The notes: generated by a model not told the origin, from the sequence alone. Positions 39,449 through 52,374 are shown, counted from the whole stretch's first letter. The stretch: DNA of 60,729 bases, filler included, from Sphacelaria rigidula (GCA_964200075.2; 8 parts of 8 records of this genome joined end to end with filler, not necessarily neighbours in it), one strand, 5' to 3'. Translations and numbers: made by a program.

Positions 39449-40083
39449 TTACAACAACTCGGTCAACGCCGCTACTCGTCTCTCTCCGAATCAGTTATAT
39501 CTCGGTCGCTACCCCTGTTTGCTCATCAACGTTTTTGAGAGACACACCTTCGACAGTCACCAAGGCTTGAATCAGAATAAGATATCCTACCGTGACCTAG
39601 CGCGTGCACGTCAGCGCAACGCTATCATCTGAGTACGTGAACAACACGCTATCAACGCTTCGCGCCTTGAGAGATCCAATACTGCCCGCTACAATTCGAT
39701 TCGCAAACGCCCTACTTTGAAGGTTGGCGATTTGGTCTGGGTTTACAGCAGTTTGCCGACCACCTTTACAACAACTCGGTCAACGCCGCTACTCGTCTCT
39801 CTCCGAATTAGTTATATCTCGGTCGCTACCCCTGTTTGCCCGTCAACGTTTTTGAGAGCCACACCGTCGACAGTCACCAATGCTTGAATCAGGATCAGAT
39901 ATCCTACATGATCTAGCGCGTACACGTCAGCGCAACGCTCCCACCCTCGTACGTGAACAACATGCTATCAACGCTTCGCGCCTTGAGAGATCCAATACTG
40001 CTCGCTACAATTTGATTCACAAACACACTACTTTGAAGGTTGGCGATTTGGTCCGAGTTTACAGCAGTTTGCCGACCACCTTA
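39449..40083 (+). repeat. ~317-bp tandem duplication inside the Gypsy integrase
   Basis: ttacaacaactcggtcaacgccgctactcg...gtttgccgaccacc starts at 39449 and again at 39766. Confidence 0.9.
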
Positions 40084-40498
40084 ACTGAAGAGCACCATGT
40101 TACATTTTTACCGTAGGACCCTCACCGTTGTCACCTAATAATGGCAAGCCTGTTGGCGACAAATTCCTCTATCTCGATCTCCCTTGCGACTTTCAGGGAC
40201 ATGACGCCAGATCTTGGCTCTGTGCGCCGATGCAAACCTTGCACGATCTCGCATGACACGAGTGACACGCCCAAATTTCTGCCTGCGGGTCTTCCACAAT
40301 ACGTGCTTAATAGCTGTTCCACCAAGTCACCGCCTTTTATCACGTTACCGATGATGACGTGACCGAACAACCTCTTCGCCTAGCCGTGTCTCATATCTCT
40401 GGTCACCAGATCATTCGCGGTCGAGGACGTAAGATTGCTGTTATGTACAAACTTCACTGGCAAGGCCTTCGGAGAGCGTCCTGAGAACGTGAACCCGA

Positions 40499-40749
40499 GA
40501 GCCATGCTACGATGAGGGTTGCACTTTTTGTTTCTGGGTCTGGTTTTTGTAAAACCCAAATATATGGGGCTTACTGTGCAACAGAAATCTCCGGGGACTG
40601 GACATGGAGATGCACGTAGGGGCTTTTTCGTGAATGGGCATCATTTTTAGTCTTTTTCAAGTTGAAAATATGCCGATTTTCAAAATGACCCGTCCAACAC
40701 CCCGAGAAACATTTTGGCCGAAACGTGCACCCCTACCGTAGCATGGCTC
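40499..40749. mobile_element. Sola-like MITE family B, 251 bp, inserted in the Gypsy chromodomain
   Basis: TIR gagccatgctacg / cgtagcatggctc; TSD ccga. Removal restores EREPDLQ. Confidence 0.87.
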
Positions 40750-43700
40750 CCGACCTCCAGCTGCACCGCCGAGCTGTCACCTGTGCTGGACGCAATCCCA
40801 GCAGCAACATCTTGCTAACAAGACATATCGCAACATGTGCCGCGGCGCAGCAGTCCGCGAACTCAATAGTGACAAAGGTTTGCGCTTCTTCGTCGATGGT
40901 TATGAGTTGGTACCCACCAAGCATTGGGAAGGAAAGATGCGCGCAAAACAGCAATTCCTCCCCAAATGCGCCTGTTTGTGGTGCAAAGGCAGCGACAAAC
41001 TCTGGTGGCCGGGCCAGAACGCGACTGACACGTACATCGTGCGCTTCATCGATGACCTTGGACCCGTGCAGCTGAAGCTCCGCCCAGAGCTATATAGCAC
41101 CAGTCCATCCGCACCACGAGGATTTTGGTGCCTCCAGCGGCTCAAGTCCAAAGGTCTCCGCCGTGCAATCCAACACAAGAGCGATCGCACACATGATGTC
41201 AACGTACCGCTTTCAGCTTTCACGCAACCTCCTGCCTTTGATCCACGATAGTTTCCTCTCTTCTACTTTCCCTATCGTTTAGTTATTCCTCCCCTGTTTT
41301 TATCATCCAGAACACCCAATTTTCACGACACCTATTCCTTCAACAGCCTACAACCGGAGCTTCCTCGGCGTACAGCAACGGACCACTAACGGAGCTTAGC
41401 TGGAACACCTTCATCCTCCATTACTGGAGCTTTTCGTATTCTCGCTCTTGATATGTATGCCTGGCGCTGAACCCTTTTGAGTCGGTCAATTACTGATTCC
41501 TTTGCCTTTCTTGTGATTGAATATAATCACGTCCTGTCATGAACAAGATTGATTCAGGATATAGTGCGGCACAACGAGCATCAACCATGTTGCGGTTGCG
41601 GACGATTAGGTAACTAATCAGAGGAATAATGTCTATTGACGTAGGTCATGCGAGTACAGTCACTCACGTGTGCAGTACGGACAATCGAGCCGCCTGCCGC
41701 CCACCATCGGTCAGTGAGTTCTGGTTCTGGGTGCCCACGGTCAAAGTGCCTTGCTCTGGGGGTTTGCGTACGTGTGTGCGGTGAGTGAGTTGGTGTGGTA
41801 TTGAGTGAGAGAGATTGAGTGTGTGTTATTGTGTGACTGAGTGAGGTTGATTGGGATCCAAGTGAGTAAGCAGGGTGAAGAAATATAATCAAAACGCGTT
41901 TTGTACTACTGTTATCTACCTGAACCAGGGTGCTGACTACTGTTCACGCACTTGAGTTGTGTGGACGCTTACCCCCGCATCAGAGCGGTTTATCACGCTA
42001 GCGGAGGAGATTTGCCGCCATTGCAGTGGGGTTTGAGATTGGAGAGAGTTTGAGCAAGAGGTGTGAAGGTGCTCAGGTTCTAGTAAAGGTTGAGCAAGGT
42101 TGACAATATAACTTAGTTTTAATATGAAAGACACTTGAAAAATGAGTGCAAGGCCCAGGTGACCCACCCTGGTGGTCAAAACAATAAAATTTAAAACTGG
42201 CGGCAGAAAGGGGTCACGCTCTCCGGAGGGTTGATGGAATTTGGTCCTTTAGTGATACCCATGGACAAGGTGACGAACACAGCGCGGGAGGGGGGGGGGA
42301 GAAGAAGACACTGCATGCACTGTATTGTACAGCTTTGTGCTGTCCTGTGTATTTTAGTTGAGCTTCCGTCTATCTACATTGTCACGCACGTGTGTATCGT
42401 CTTGCCTGTACGACATCGCCCATTTTGCTGAAGAGGCGCCATGGCGATCATGTAGCGATGGACGCAACACTGCGCAACACGTTAAACCCTCAGATCGTGA
42501 TGCGGGTAGTCCATCTGAATCACACATATTTTGAAGTGTAATTGATGCCGATTCAGCGGGTGACCGACCGTCGCTGTCGAAGGGTTAACAAACAGAAGAG
42601 CATAATGCAGTCGTCATGATCTTGCTACTGCGGCACACGCCACGCTCTATACCTGGGGTTCTCTTTTCCGCTTGGTACAACACACAAAGCGCGGCAGCTC
42701 TTTTTCCTTCATGATTCGTCGGCGTGCACTGACCATGAGAGGGAACAAGTCAGCGAGAAACTTTGAAATTTGAAACAATCAATACAGATCACTTCTTTAT
42801 TTTCGAGCTGGCGGGTGGAAGACACGCAGACGAAAAGAAATCGATCATGCGACGGGTAGTGACAGATGAGGCCCCTTCCCATCGAACGGTATTTTCCCCT
42901 TTTTCAAAATCCACTTCTGAATGCATCCGCACACAACAGAGCTGGCAGATAGCGCACGCCGCGGCACGCATACCACCAGTGCCACAGCCCACACGTACAA
43001 ATACAAGGACGAGCCACCGCTAGCAGCGAAAACACTACCGCCCCGGAGGGCCGCGCACCCCTCCGGGGGAATTTGTGGGCAGAGAAATATCTCCGGAGGG
43101 ATGCGCGGCGCTTCGGAGGCAAGAACAAGCCTCCGGAGGCGTTCAATCCCCCTGGAGGAAACGAAAAAATACTCCTCTGGAGAGCCGCGCACCCCTCCGG
43201 AGGTTTTTACTTCCTTCGGAGGCTCGAAAAGTTGACTGCCCTGGAGGAAATATGAGAGGTAGCCAAATGGCCGCGTGTGTAACGCTCACCATGTTAGCCG
43301 TGGGGCTGGAAATCCTCATTTGCTTATACTTTGCACTTATTACTTATGGTTACCGTCATTTTTGCTTTCCGCAAATTTGTTTAAAACCACCACGCGTGCG
43401 AGAACCGCGGCGTTGGTACCTGCGGCGGTGCTGCCACGTGCGTCAGCCGTGGCTTACCACTAGTATTGTATTAATCGTCTAACCAAGGGGAAGGTGCTCA
43501 TCTGCTCAAAAATTTGGGCGCCAATTTTCTCGTTGATTAAACCCCATGTGTAGTAATTCCTATACCTAAGGGAGATAGCGTCCATACTAAAATGTCCATG
43601 GTACCCCCGATCGATGCTTTCAGCGGATGACGACGAATTTTGGTGTGGATATTTCCCGGAGCACAGGGAGACGATAGATACCCTCACCTTCATCTAATTC

Positions 43701-44350
43701 GCTGTCTATCTTGAGACATGGCGCACATACGTTTTAATACTAAAATCAGTATATTACGAGCAGATGCGCTAGATGAGCTAAACCTGGATGTCGCGTCTCA
43801 GGTTTTGAGAGTTATGCCCTCAAGTTTCGTATGGAGAACCGCTAGTGCATTACAAGGTTTATAGACACAGCTTTTTTCAATTTTTTCGTTTTACTTTTAT
43901 TTTGTTTCGGGTTTTTGGGGCAGTTTTGAGGAGAAATGAACACTGCTTTTGGGCCTTATCTCAATTTTTTGGCTCAATTTTTAGAAATCTATTTCGAAAC
44001 TCAGGATAAAAAACCACAGAGGTATGCCGAAAAAAAAATGGGCCCTCAGTTTTTTTTTGGGGGGGGCAGAGGTTCGGGCGTTCTCGTAAAAAAATGGCGG
44101 TTTCCATACTGAAACGCCCTAAACTAGTGGAAGAATGAAAACAAATCAACCTGACCCACTTTTTTTCGTCAATTATGCCCTAGCCACGGCCCACACAAAG
44201 TCTCAATAAACTAACACCGAACATGGGCCGGTAAGTGGCCTGCAAAATACTGTTCCGAATTCCTCCTGACCCCGTCACTAAACGGCCCATTATACGACTA
44301 ATACTTGGAGTTGGACCATGGAATTTGGTTTTGACAATGGATAGGGCATA

Positions 44351-44601
44351 GACTGCTGCCGAGATAAGCCCCCCCCGAACCGGCCAAAAAAGGTGCACGG
44401 AGGAGATGATAATAAATGCCGTTAGAGCTGGTTTCGTGCTGCACGACGCGACTCATTTGGGCGTTATAGCTGATTCCGGACTGCTACACGCCTCTCATGT
44501 GGGCGAAATTTCTGCAAACGAGCCCAAAAGTGGGATCGCAGCCGGTTTGCCGGACGGTCTCCGGTGCACTTTTTTGGGGGGGGGCTATCTCGGCATTAGT
44601 C
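44351..44601. mobile_element. Sola-like MITE family C, 251 bp, nested in a foldback element (~44270-44852)
   Basis: TIR gactgctgccgagat / atctcggcattagtc; TSD cata. A left-truncated copy lies at ~15250-15495. Confidence 0.82.
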
Positions 44602-45699
44602 CATACTAGAAAAAATACCAGTGCACACAAGGTTCTTTTTTGTTTTTTTTCATGAGTTGAGGGCAATAATCAGTTTCCAGATATCGGTAAAATATCCCTA
44701 ACTCATGAGAAAGAAAAAAAAATGTGTGGACTGGCAATTTGTTTTTACTATGCCCTATTCATCGTCCATTCCAAATTTCAGGGTCCAACTACAAATGTTG
44801 GCCGTATAACGGGCCTGCAAACTACGGAATCGCTTCTTGGCTGGCCCAGCTCGTATCCTCTTTCCGTGTCTCTTACATCTACTCCCCCTTGCTGGATTGT
44901 TCTGCCCCTTGCCGGTTTGGACTTCGTCCATTTGTTCCGGGGCGCTGTGTCCCCTCTCCTTCCCCTTCCGGGCATTTACCTGTTCCTACCTCTCTTTCCC
45001 TCCGTTTGCCCGTGCACTACGTCTTAGGTCTGTTATTCCGTCAGCAAAGTATACTCTCCATCCTACCCTTCTAACCCATGCCGATACCTTACTTGTTTCT
45101 ATCCTTCTCCACTCCTTGCTCGCCCTCTGCTCTAGTGTGACTCGGAAGTGTTCTCCCTTCCTTTGTACTTTTCCTGTTGCCAAACAGTACAACCCAACTC
45201 CATCGCATTCGTTTTTAATCTCTACTTTCGTCATGTCGCTACAGACTCCGAATACCAGCACTACTAGTACCTTACCCGAGCACTCTTTACTCGTCCATCC
45301 GCCCTTCCTTACCGTCTCTCTCTTGACCTCCTTTGAGATAATCTCCAGGTTGTTCATTTTCATTGTATTGATGGGATATCTTCAACGTACTGGGATATCC
45401 CAATCCTGGTACTCGTTAGGGGTCTTGTTCCTTTCAGTTCTTTGCTGGTTCACCGACACTAAATAATGCCTCCAACACGGGCTCGTATGCTGAAGCCAAG
45501 TGCAACACCTTTGGCACAAGTACNNNNNNNNNNNNNNNNNNNNNNNNNNNNNNNNNNNNNNNNNNNNTTAATTAATTAANNNNNNNNNNNNNNNNNNNNN
45601 NNNNNNNNNNNNNNNNNNNNNNNGTCCCGGCTTTGTAGGGATGCGAGGTTAATGGTCTGATGACTATGGCATGCATGATCATGAGTACACCCCCTCCCA

Positions 45700-45960
45700 C
45701 ACAACATTGGAGGGACAACTTCCAGGAGAACCTACGTGCACTAGGGTCTCTCCCACGCAAAAGAGCACGGCGGGAATGTTTCGTCTACGCAGTAGGTATC
45801 GAACACGCACAAGATTGGGTCACTCCGGGCGAAGAACGTGGGTATATGGCATCTTGGAGCCGAGAAGGGGGCGTAAGAGTTCGAGGAGACGTGCCGACAC
45901 CAAGGCATTTTTGCGAATTGGACATTCTCCACAAACGAGGGGCTGATGCGTCGAGGCTCA
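45700..45960 (+). mobile_element. RTE-like LINE terminal fragment
   Basis: WRDNFQENLRALG...W pattern continuing the 52548 fragment. Confidence 0.55.
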
Positions 45961-46091
45961 CCGATGGGGGAGCTGCCACCGTTGACACAGCAACAGCAAC
46001 AACTCGCGACGAATCCAGGACAGAAATACCCGAAAATGTCCCGCACGGTCAATACTGAAACTGATGTACCCCTGCTTTTTCCTGTCGGTTG

Positions 46092-46222
46092 CACACCCTG
46101 GACAAAATATTACATCGTCAAAAAATGTACTGGATACAGTATGGGATCTATGCAATAGACGCAATAGTCAATACCTTACGCAGTACACTTTTTTTCCAAA
46201 GCAATCTATTGTCCAGGATGTG
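46092..46222. mobile_element. 131-bp MITE of the CACACCCTGGACAA family
   Basis: TIR cacaccctggacaa / ttgtccaggatgtg; perfect 8-bp TSD gtcggttg. Confidence 0.88.
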
Positions 46223-47176
46223 GTCGGTTGTTGATATTATTCTTGGTCGGTGGTATGGCGGAGTTCCCTGATTGTGCGCTTGTACCTACTCTAGTGTACT
46301 GTCCTTGGGCTTCATCACTTCCGTAGTTTTCTTTCTTCTTTCTTCTCTCTTTCCCTCCCTATATCTCCTTGGTTTCACGGGTTTCTTTCCTCCTAGTGTA
46401 TGCAAGTCGCACTTTGATGCCTCGCACTGTAAGGTTCACGGGTGAGAGCTCAGGACCCCAAAACGTTTGACCGGAATAGATTAACCGCGGTCTATTTCCA
46501 CGACTTTTTCTTGTTTTCGATTGGGTATAAGGGCACGTGCTTTTGCGCAAGGCGTTTCCTCACCTGAGACCGCGTTGCAGAGACCAGCCATTTATAGGGG
46601 GGGCGGGGGGTTGTCTTCGTTCCTTTTGGTCTACTCTGTCTGTATCATGTTCATGTTTGCTTCGCTTTTTTTCAGTGAGCGTTTCCATTTCGTTCGTTCT
46701 GGGTAAGTCTATCTCGTGAACACGGCCGCATCCCTCGGGGATCAGGTCATGCGCGACAATCGATAAAAAAGAAATCAATCAAATTATACCTCTCATACCA
46801 ATTAGACGGCGGGGTGCAGCGGCGTCACACAAGAAGTGGGATTTCCTGCCCAGTGTTCGGCGTTTTCAGCCGAAATTTCAGAAGGGCCTTCTACACTCAA
46901 ACTGAGATATTCTCCATGAAAGCACTCCGAGTCGTCTTTCTTCATCGAGTGACGACCTTGTATATTTTTTCAGATAGTTCACACCGCTCTAACTTTCTCC
47001 ATTTTCCCCCTTGTTTCGGTACTCTCGGCGTACTCATGTTACCATCATGTTAATTCTTAATCTTCCAACTCCTAATATTCAACACGTAATAACTGTTCAA
47101 GCGCCAATAGGATTTCTCGGCTAGCCCAGCTCTATGCAAATACCTGGAACTCACACTCAACACCTTTAGCACTTAC

Positions 47177-47330
47177 CTCCCCGTAATAGACGGCCCGCCC
47201 TTTGGCATAAGACATACGGAACTCCCCGGGGGGAACCGATGTGTTTTTCACGTCCGCCAGCGCCCACCAGGTAAGAGCCCAGTCATTCTTGTCCTCGTTC
47301 GGGGCCAAGATACGATCGCGCACCGTCGAC
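47177..47330 (-). CDS. Following exon of the same monooxygenase
   Basis: Splicing completes the ADGRR-STVR (DG..S.VR) motif in phase; acceptor ttcag, donor gag|gtaagt. Confidence 0.82.
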
Positions 47331-47747
47331 CTGAACGGTAGCGAAAACATGCACTGATCACCACCCGTAAGAAGCTGCACAACTGTCGATAAATGTTATT
47401 CGAGGAAGCGATACAGACTACCCCAAGTCGCCCCAATCACGACCTCATTCATTCGAAAGAGTACTGCGAAAAGTGTGGTCAAGATAAGCTAAACAGCACT
47501 TTTTTTTTGTTTTTTATTCGTCGCACTTTGAACCCCTCCCGTTCCTCGGGAGGAGTCCGTGGTCTCCAGGGATCAATCCATCTACCCCCGAACACTACTG
47601 TGGTGTAATCGTCGGACTACCGTGTGGTCGCGCGCCTGCTCAAGACATCAGACGTCTGAGCATCCTCGAAGTATCACCACTCTACACCGCTCTAAAGTAA
47701 ATCATGACATACTGCCATATCGTATCGAGCAGAAGGACCCAGCTGAC

Positions 47748-48180
47748 CTTCGTCCGTCTGCGCCAACTACAGCCTTGGCAAGCACGGGATTCAAACGTCC
47801 CTGGAATGTCAGCTCCGTTAAGCCCTCCACCCCGCCGTCGTCTATTGCATCGAGACGGCATCCCAGCTCCACAACATCGTCCGGTAGATGATCCAATAGT
47901 ACACGCTGCAGGGCGTACCGCGTAATTCCAATAAACGGATATCCAACCAGTTCCTTCATGGACACCATGTCTAATTTGGATATTGTGGAGCCGTCCGGCC
48001 TCGTGAGATGGATACACTCTACTATCCGCCCGACCGCTGTTGCCTCCGCCGCCAACCCGGCCTTGACTTGGTCCAGCGCCGCCAGCCCGAAAGGCTGCAC
48101 AAATACAGCGGCACCGCGTTCCTGTATTTCGCCCACTGATTCGAAAACCTTCACGCGGCACCCCTTTTCGCACAGGGAGA
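47748..48180 (-). CDS. Exon of FAD-dependent monooxygenase (zeaxanthin epoxidase/salicylate hydroxylase-like family)
   Basis: cag acceptor after (CT)n tract; SLCEKGCRVKVFE..ERGAAVFVQPFGLAALD, ITRYALQRVLL, VVGADG motif; donor ag|gtcag. Confidence 0.85.
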
Positions 48181-48202
48181 CTGCCACAAAAAAGAACGAG
48201 CC

Positions 48203-48233
<31 letters not shown>

Positions 48234-48656
48234 TGTGTGAGGCGCGGATCGACTATGGCAGGGGGGAATTTTTGCAGGAACTGCAGCAAGCAGTCTGTGA
48301 CCCGAAAAAACGGATTTCACCGCGAAAGCCATACTGTGATCTACTCCTTCCGGCACTAGACGGTGATCTGGACTCTGACTCTCCTCACCGCTCTCGTACC
48401 TACCCGTTATTGCCGAACGGGAAAGCTGTGTCGCAATACTATACAGGAGGCACGGTGCACGCGACAGCGGGCAAAAATATCACGTCTGTGAGGGCCATCA
48501 TGGTAGGATTTCCACTTTCAAGTGCATCAGGCCTGGGACACGGGGGTACATGTATATCAGCAGCACAATTTGGCCTCTCGGGTGCGGCCACATGTCAACC
48601 ATTGTGCTGTACTACCTACCGAAAAGCGACGCCAATCAGGGGGGGGGGGGGGGGGG

Positions 48657-49585
48657 CACTCATTCGTTGCTTACCTTCGTTGTTTGACCATTGATCACGC
48701 ATCCCTTTCGAGACGGAACACCGTTCCTACTCCTAATAGAGACAACTCCAAGATGTCGGCGCTCATTATGTTTTTCCCATACATCACACAAAAACCTTTT
48801 ACATATCTTACCCCCGTCCTGTTTCGTTGTCTATGACCACCATCTATCTCCTAATATAGCCATCGTTTTCTCCCTACTGACTAATCTATCGAACGATTTC
48901 ATGCCGCATTCGTTTATTTCCCGCATCTCTCCCTCAAGCACGCCCCGTTCCTCCTTGAATAGTTCGCATTCGGCCACTATATGAGTTCTCTCTCTTGCTT
49001 CGCCACAGAGACAATTCTGTGCAATTACTTCCTCGTCAACTCGACTAATGGCATATCTCTTCTTTCTGGCAGTTTCAGGTCCCCCTACGGGAATCGCAGT
49101 TTCAATTTTTTCGCGGAGTCCCTCGGGCTATGTAGATATGTTTTCATCCCTATCCCCTCTTTCAACCCGCCGTATATCTTCTGGTGCTCTTCCTCGTCTA
49201 CTTTCCATCGCAGCCTTTCTTTTCCACTCATTTATATCAAGTCTCTTACTTTCGTCTTGTTCCCCGCGCCTTCATCTATGGACAGTATATCGTCTTGCTT
49301 TTCCTCTTATCTCCTTGCATACGTTCTCGACTACTCTTCCACCTTACTCCAGTCTGCCTTTTCGTCACTTTCTTCCGTACAGCCCTATCAGCGATGGTCT
49401 GCAAACTCCTCCTCTGTATGTTCTTTACGCTACACTACCATTTCCAATTTTCTAATGTCTCTGTTTAAAGTGGTTACATTTCCAATTCTGCCCTCAATGC
49501 TGTACTACTCGTCGTGTTTTTTAGCATCCAAGTATTTTCTTAGCTCCTGTCATCTGTACTGTGTCCAACTTCCTCACCAACTTTG
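48657..49585 (-). mobile_element. 3' fragment of a non-LTR retrotransposon (RT C-terminal/zinc-binding region)
   Basis: IYGGLKEGIGMKTYLH..KLKLRF, RTHIVAECELFKEER, ILGDRWW, SRKGCVING, then 3' end into a C18 tract. Same terminus at 30417-30485. Confidence 0.8.
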
Positions 49586-49699
49586 ATGGGGTGCGGAGTG
49601 GGCCATGTTGTGTATGATGTACTGACAGTTACATGCCAAAGCAAAATGTTGTTCTCGCCCTGGACTTTGTACATACAATCTTCACGGGTAAGAAACTTA

Positions 49700-51246
49700 C
49701 ACACGTCGGACGAATCATTTCTCCTCGAAACGAGTGCACTCGCAGATGTTCTTTGAAAACACAACGAGCATGACTCGTATGCTCGAGTCATCACTTGTTT
49801 TACAACGAGCAATGACACGTGCGCTCGAGTCATTACTTTTTTTTACACTGGGCAATGACTCGAGTGCTCGCCCTATTAATTTGTTCCCACAACGAGCAGT
49901 GACTCGAGTGCGTGCCCAATTCATTTTTTCCACAACGAGCAATGGCTCAAGTGCTCGCCTCATTGTTTTTTTCCACAATGGGTAATGACTCGAGTGCTCG
50001 CCCTACTATTTGTTTCCACAACGAACAATGGTGCGAGTGCTCGCCTATTAGCCCTTTTCGGACCGACCCCCCACTAACACGGGGTTAGCCATATGTTCGT
50101 GAAATAATAAAATAAGTCAGGGCGCGACCTGCCCAGTCACGGCGAGTCGAAATTTATTGACCAGACCCGAACGACCAGCAGGGGGACTGTTGCCGAGTGT
50201 GATGTCACTGCAAAGGTCGTGTGGGGGCCCTATCTCTGGCCCAGATAAGCCTTCCCAGGTTTCTAAAGCCAAGATGCTCGGAGCATGGCTTATCGTCTTA
50301 CTTGCATTCAGTATAGCGTTCCCGAGGTTTCCCAGGATTTTTTTAATGCCACAATGTGGTCATTTTCACGAGGCACTAAACCCAGGTGGGCCGTGGTAAG
50401 ACAAAAGGAGCTCCCGTCATGAATTTTGCGTATCCCCCTGCCGATGACTTGCGGAACACTGTGAACATGTATGTAGTGGGCGGGGATGAACAAGCTGTGT
50501 GTAGGCAGCTGATCTCCGTCGATGAGAACTGCCTAGAACGTGCACGGGAGTATGCAGCGGCAGCTGCTGCTGCAGTCGGAAAGGCGTACTGTACTGTACT
50601 GTACTGTATATATGTGCGCCGCAACGCCCATACCCTTCGAAGAAAATTTGTCGCATGCAACAGAGAGGAAATGGCGGCCCACCCCGACCACAAAGGGCTG
50701 TGTGGCAAGGTGATGGGGGCAATAATATCATCCAAAGCCACAAGTGGCGGGCGGCCCACCGGTCGCCGCATCCTGTTGAAAGCTCTCTACGGCGACACAT
50801 ACTGCTTGCTACATCAGATGTACATTACCTGATACGCACCCCGCAACTGAAAATAGATGGGATGTAAATCTCTGTCTTCGTTATAACCCTGCGATTATAT
50901 ACGCGGATTTTCAGCAACATGCCACTGTTCCGTACATACGTCAGACACGTCATTTCTAACCAGTCTCATTGGTTGTTCTGGAGGCCCGGTCTCAAAGGGG
51001 TTAACTTTTCCACAACGAGCAATGAATCGAGTGCTCGCCCTATCATTTTTTTCCACAACAAGCAGTGACTCGAGTGCTCGCTCTATTAGTTTGTTTCCCC
51101 AACAAGCAGTGACTCGAGTGCTCCCCCTATTGATTGTTGCCAAAACGAGCAATGACTCGAGTGCTCGCTCGATCAATGTTCACGGCCGACGAGCAGCCCA
51201 ACGAGTGCGAGTGCCACGAGTCACACTCGTGCTTGTCCGACGTGTG
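49700..51246. mobile_element. TIR element built of ~41-bp repeats (acaacgagcaatgactcgagtgctcgcc)
   Basis: TIR cacacgtcggac / gtccgacgtgtg; flanks gaaactta/aaaattta (6/8); split by the piggyBac-like insertion. Confidence 0.72.
50052..51000. mobile_element. piggyBac-like non-autonomous element inserted into a repeat array
   Basis: Ends cccttttcggaccg / cggtctcaaagggg; flanks ttag/ttaa. One arm is repeated, inverted, at 52884-53126. Confidence 0.78.
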
Positions 51247-52273
51247 AAAATTTATGAGAGCAAGGTTCGGATTAAGAATATTAGCGTATAGTTCTAGCTT
51301 GTTTTGGAGCGAGTCTATTCTCAAGGGTTGATGACATAAAGGTAAAGATTATAGCTGGTGTCGATCCTGGCACCAGTGTTCGACTTCGAAGCTTCTCGCC
51401 ACTCACAGCCTCAAAACGGATTTGCAACCCGTCACCGGTGACACATCGCCATGTTATTATTCGCTTCTCATTCACCACTTTGCAAACAAAGAGTATTATC
51501 TGCATGAATGCTCCATAGATAGCAAGATGTTGCTGTCCTACAGTAGATTTGTACGACCTTTTGAATGCAAATCTGCCCGCTGCTTGGATCATCTACTGAA
51601 TGTGTGCGCTGCGCGGGACGCCACAGTCACACTGTTTATGCGTTTCTACGGAGTGATATATCGGTACCTGCTTACAGTTTTTATATCGCTATGGTACCCT
51701 GACCCTTGCTTTCCTGTACTACTGCGCCGCATGACTATTGCAGCATTACAAACCTCAGGGCAGAATTGGCTACCCAAGCTGTAGACCAGCAGTTGTTGTG
51801 GAATAAAATAGGAGGAATAGTTTGCCACGCTTTACTTCCACGCCATGCACGTAAAATGATGTGTTTCACAAGTTTGGGTCTTGGAGATTACAAGGAGCGT
51901 TCACTCCAACGGCGTGTGTGTACGGCTCTCAAAGTTGGTATCGTTCGAAAGAAAAAGCGTAGGGGATATCAATGAAAGAAACAAAATCTGACAGGTGTTC
52001 TTGGTTCAAATTCGGGTCAAGGACGATCAATTTTGGGTATATTAGGGGATTTTGTCGGGATATTGTTTTCGAGAGTGTTTTTGACAATCAAGTTGAAGAG
52101 ATGCGGAGGACGACTGACTTTTATGGGAAAATATATATTCTCGTCTTTTTGCCCCCGGAATGAGGATGAAATATGAAAATTTGCAGGCGGATAGATATTT
52201 CTTCGGCCGTTCGGCGCCACGGGTTGAAATGATGAGGATAAAAAAAAACGTCTGTACTATCAGACACGGTTAA

Positions 52274-52374
52274 CCCTCAGACCGCGATGCGGGTAGTCCA
52301 TCTGGATCACATATACTTTTTCCAAGTGAAATTGATGCCGATTCGGTAGGTGATCTACCCACGCGATCGAAGGG
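52274..52374. mobile_element. 101-bp piggyBac-like mini element (second copy 42487-42584)
   Basis: TTAA|ccct...aggg|TTAA; two homologous copies on different contigs. Confidence 0.82.

Larger units (their letters stand above)
38380..41251 (+). mobile_element. Degenerate Ty3/Gypsy pol 3' part: integrase (H2C2 relic, rve core) and chromodomain-like tail
   Basis: RIYVP..LGVTRALALLERFYWWIGM, YFGPF, SDNGQQF, GGTERVNHTMAQML, SYNNSVNAATRLSPNQLYLGR, then YKLHWQG..S*EREPDL. Many stops/frameshifts, an internal duplication and a MITE insertion. Confidence 0.88.

Noticed and set aside
41590-42310. 3' LTR of the Gypsy relic
   Set aside because: No second LTR, clear polypurine-tract/TG junction or TSD within the contig.
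44855-45520. Host gene from the 209-aa and 125-aa ORFs
   Set aside because: Strongly CT/GA-skewed with broken frames; more likely a retroelement 5' region, but not assignable.
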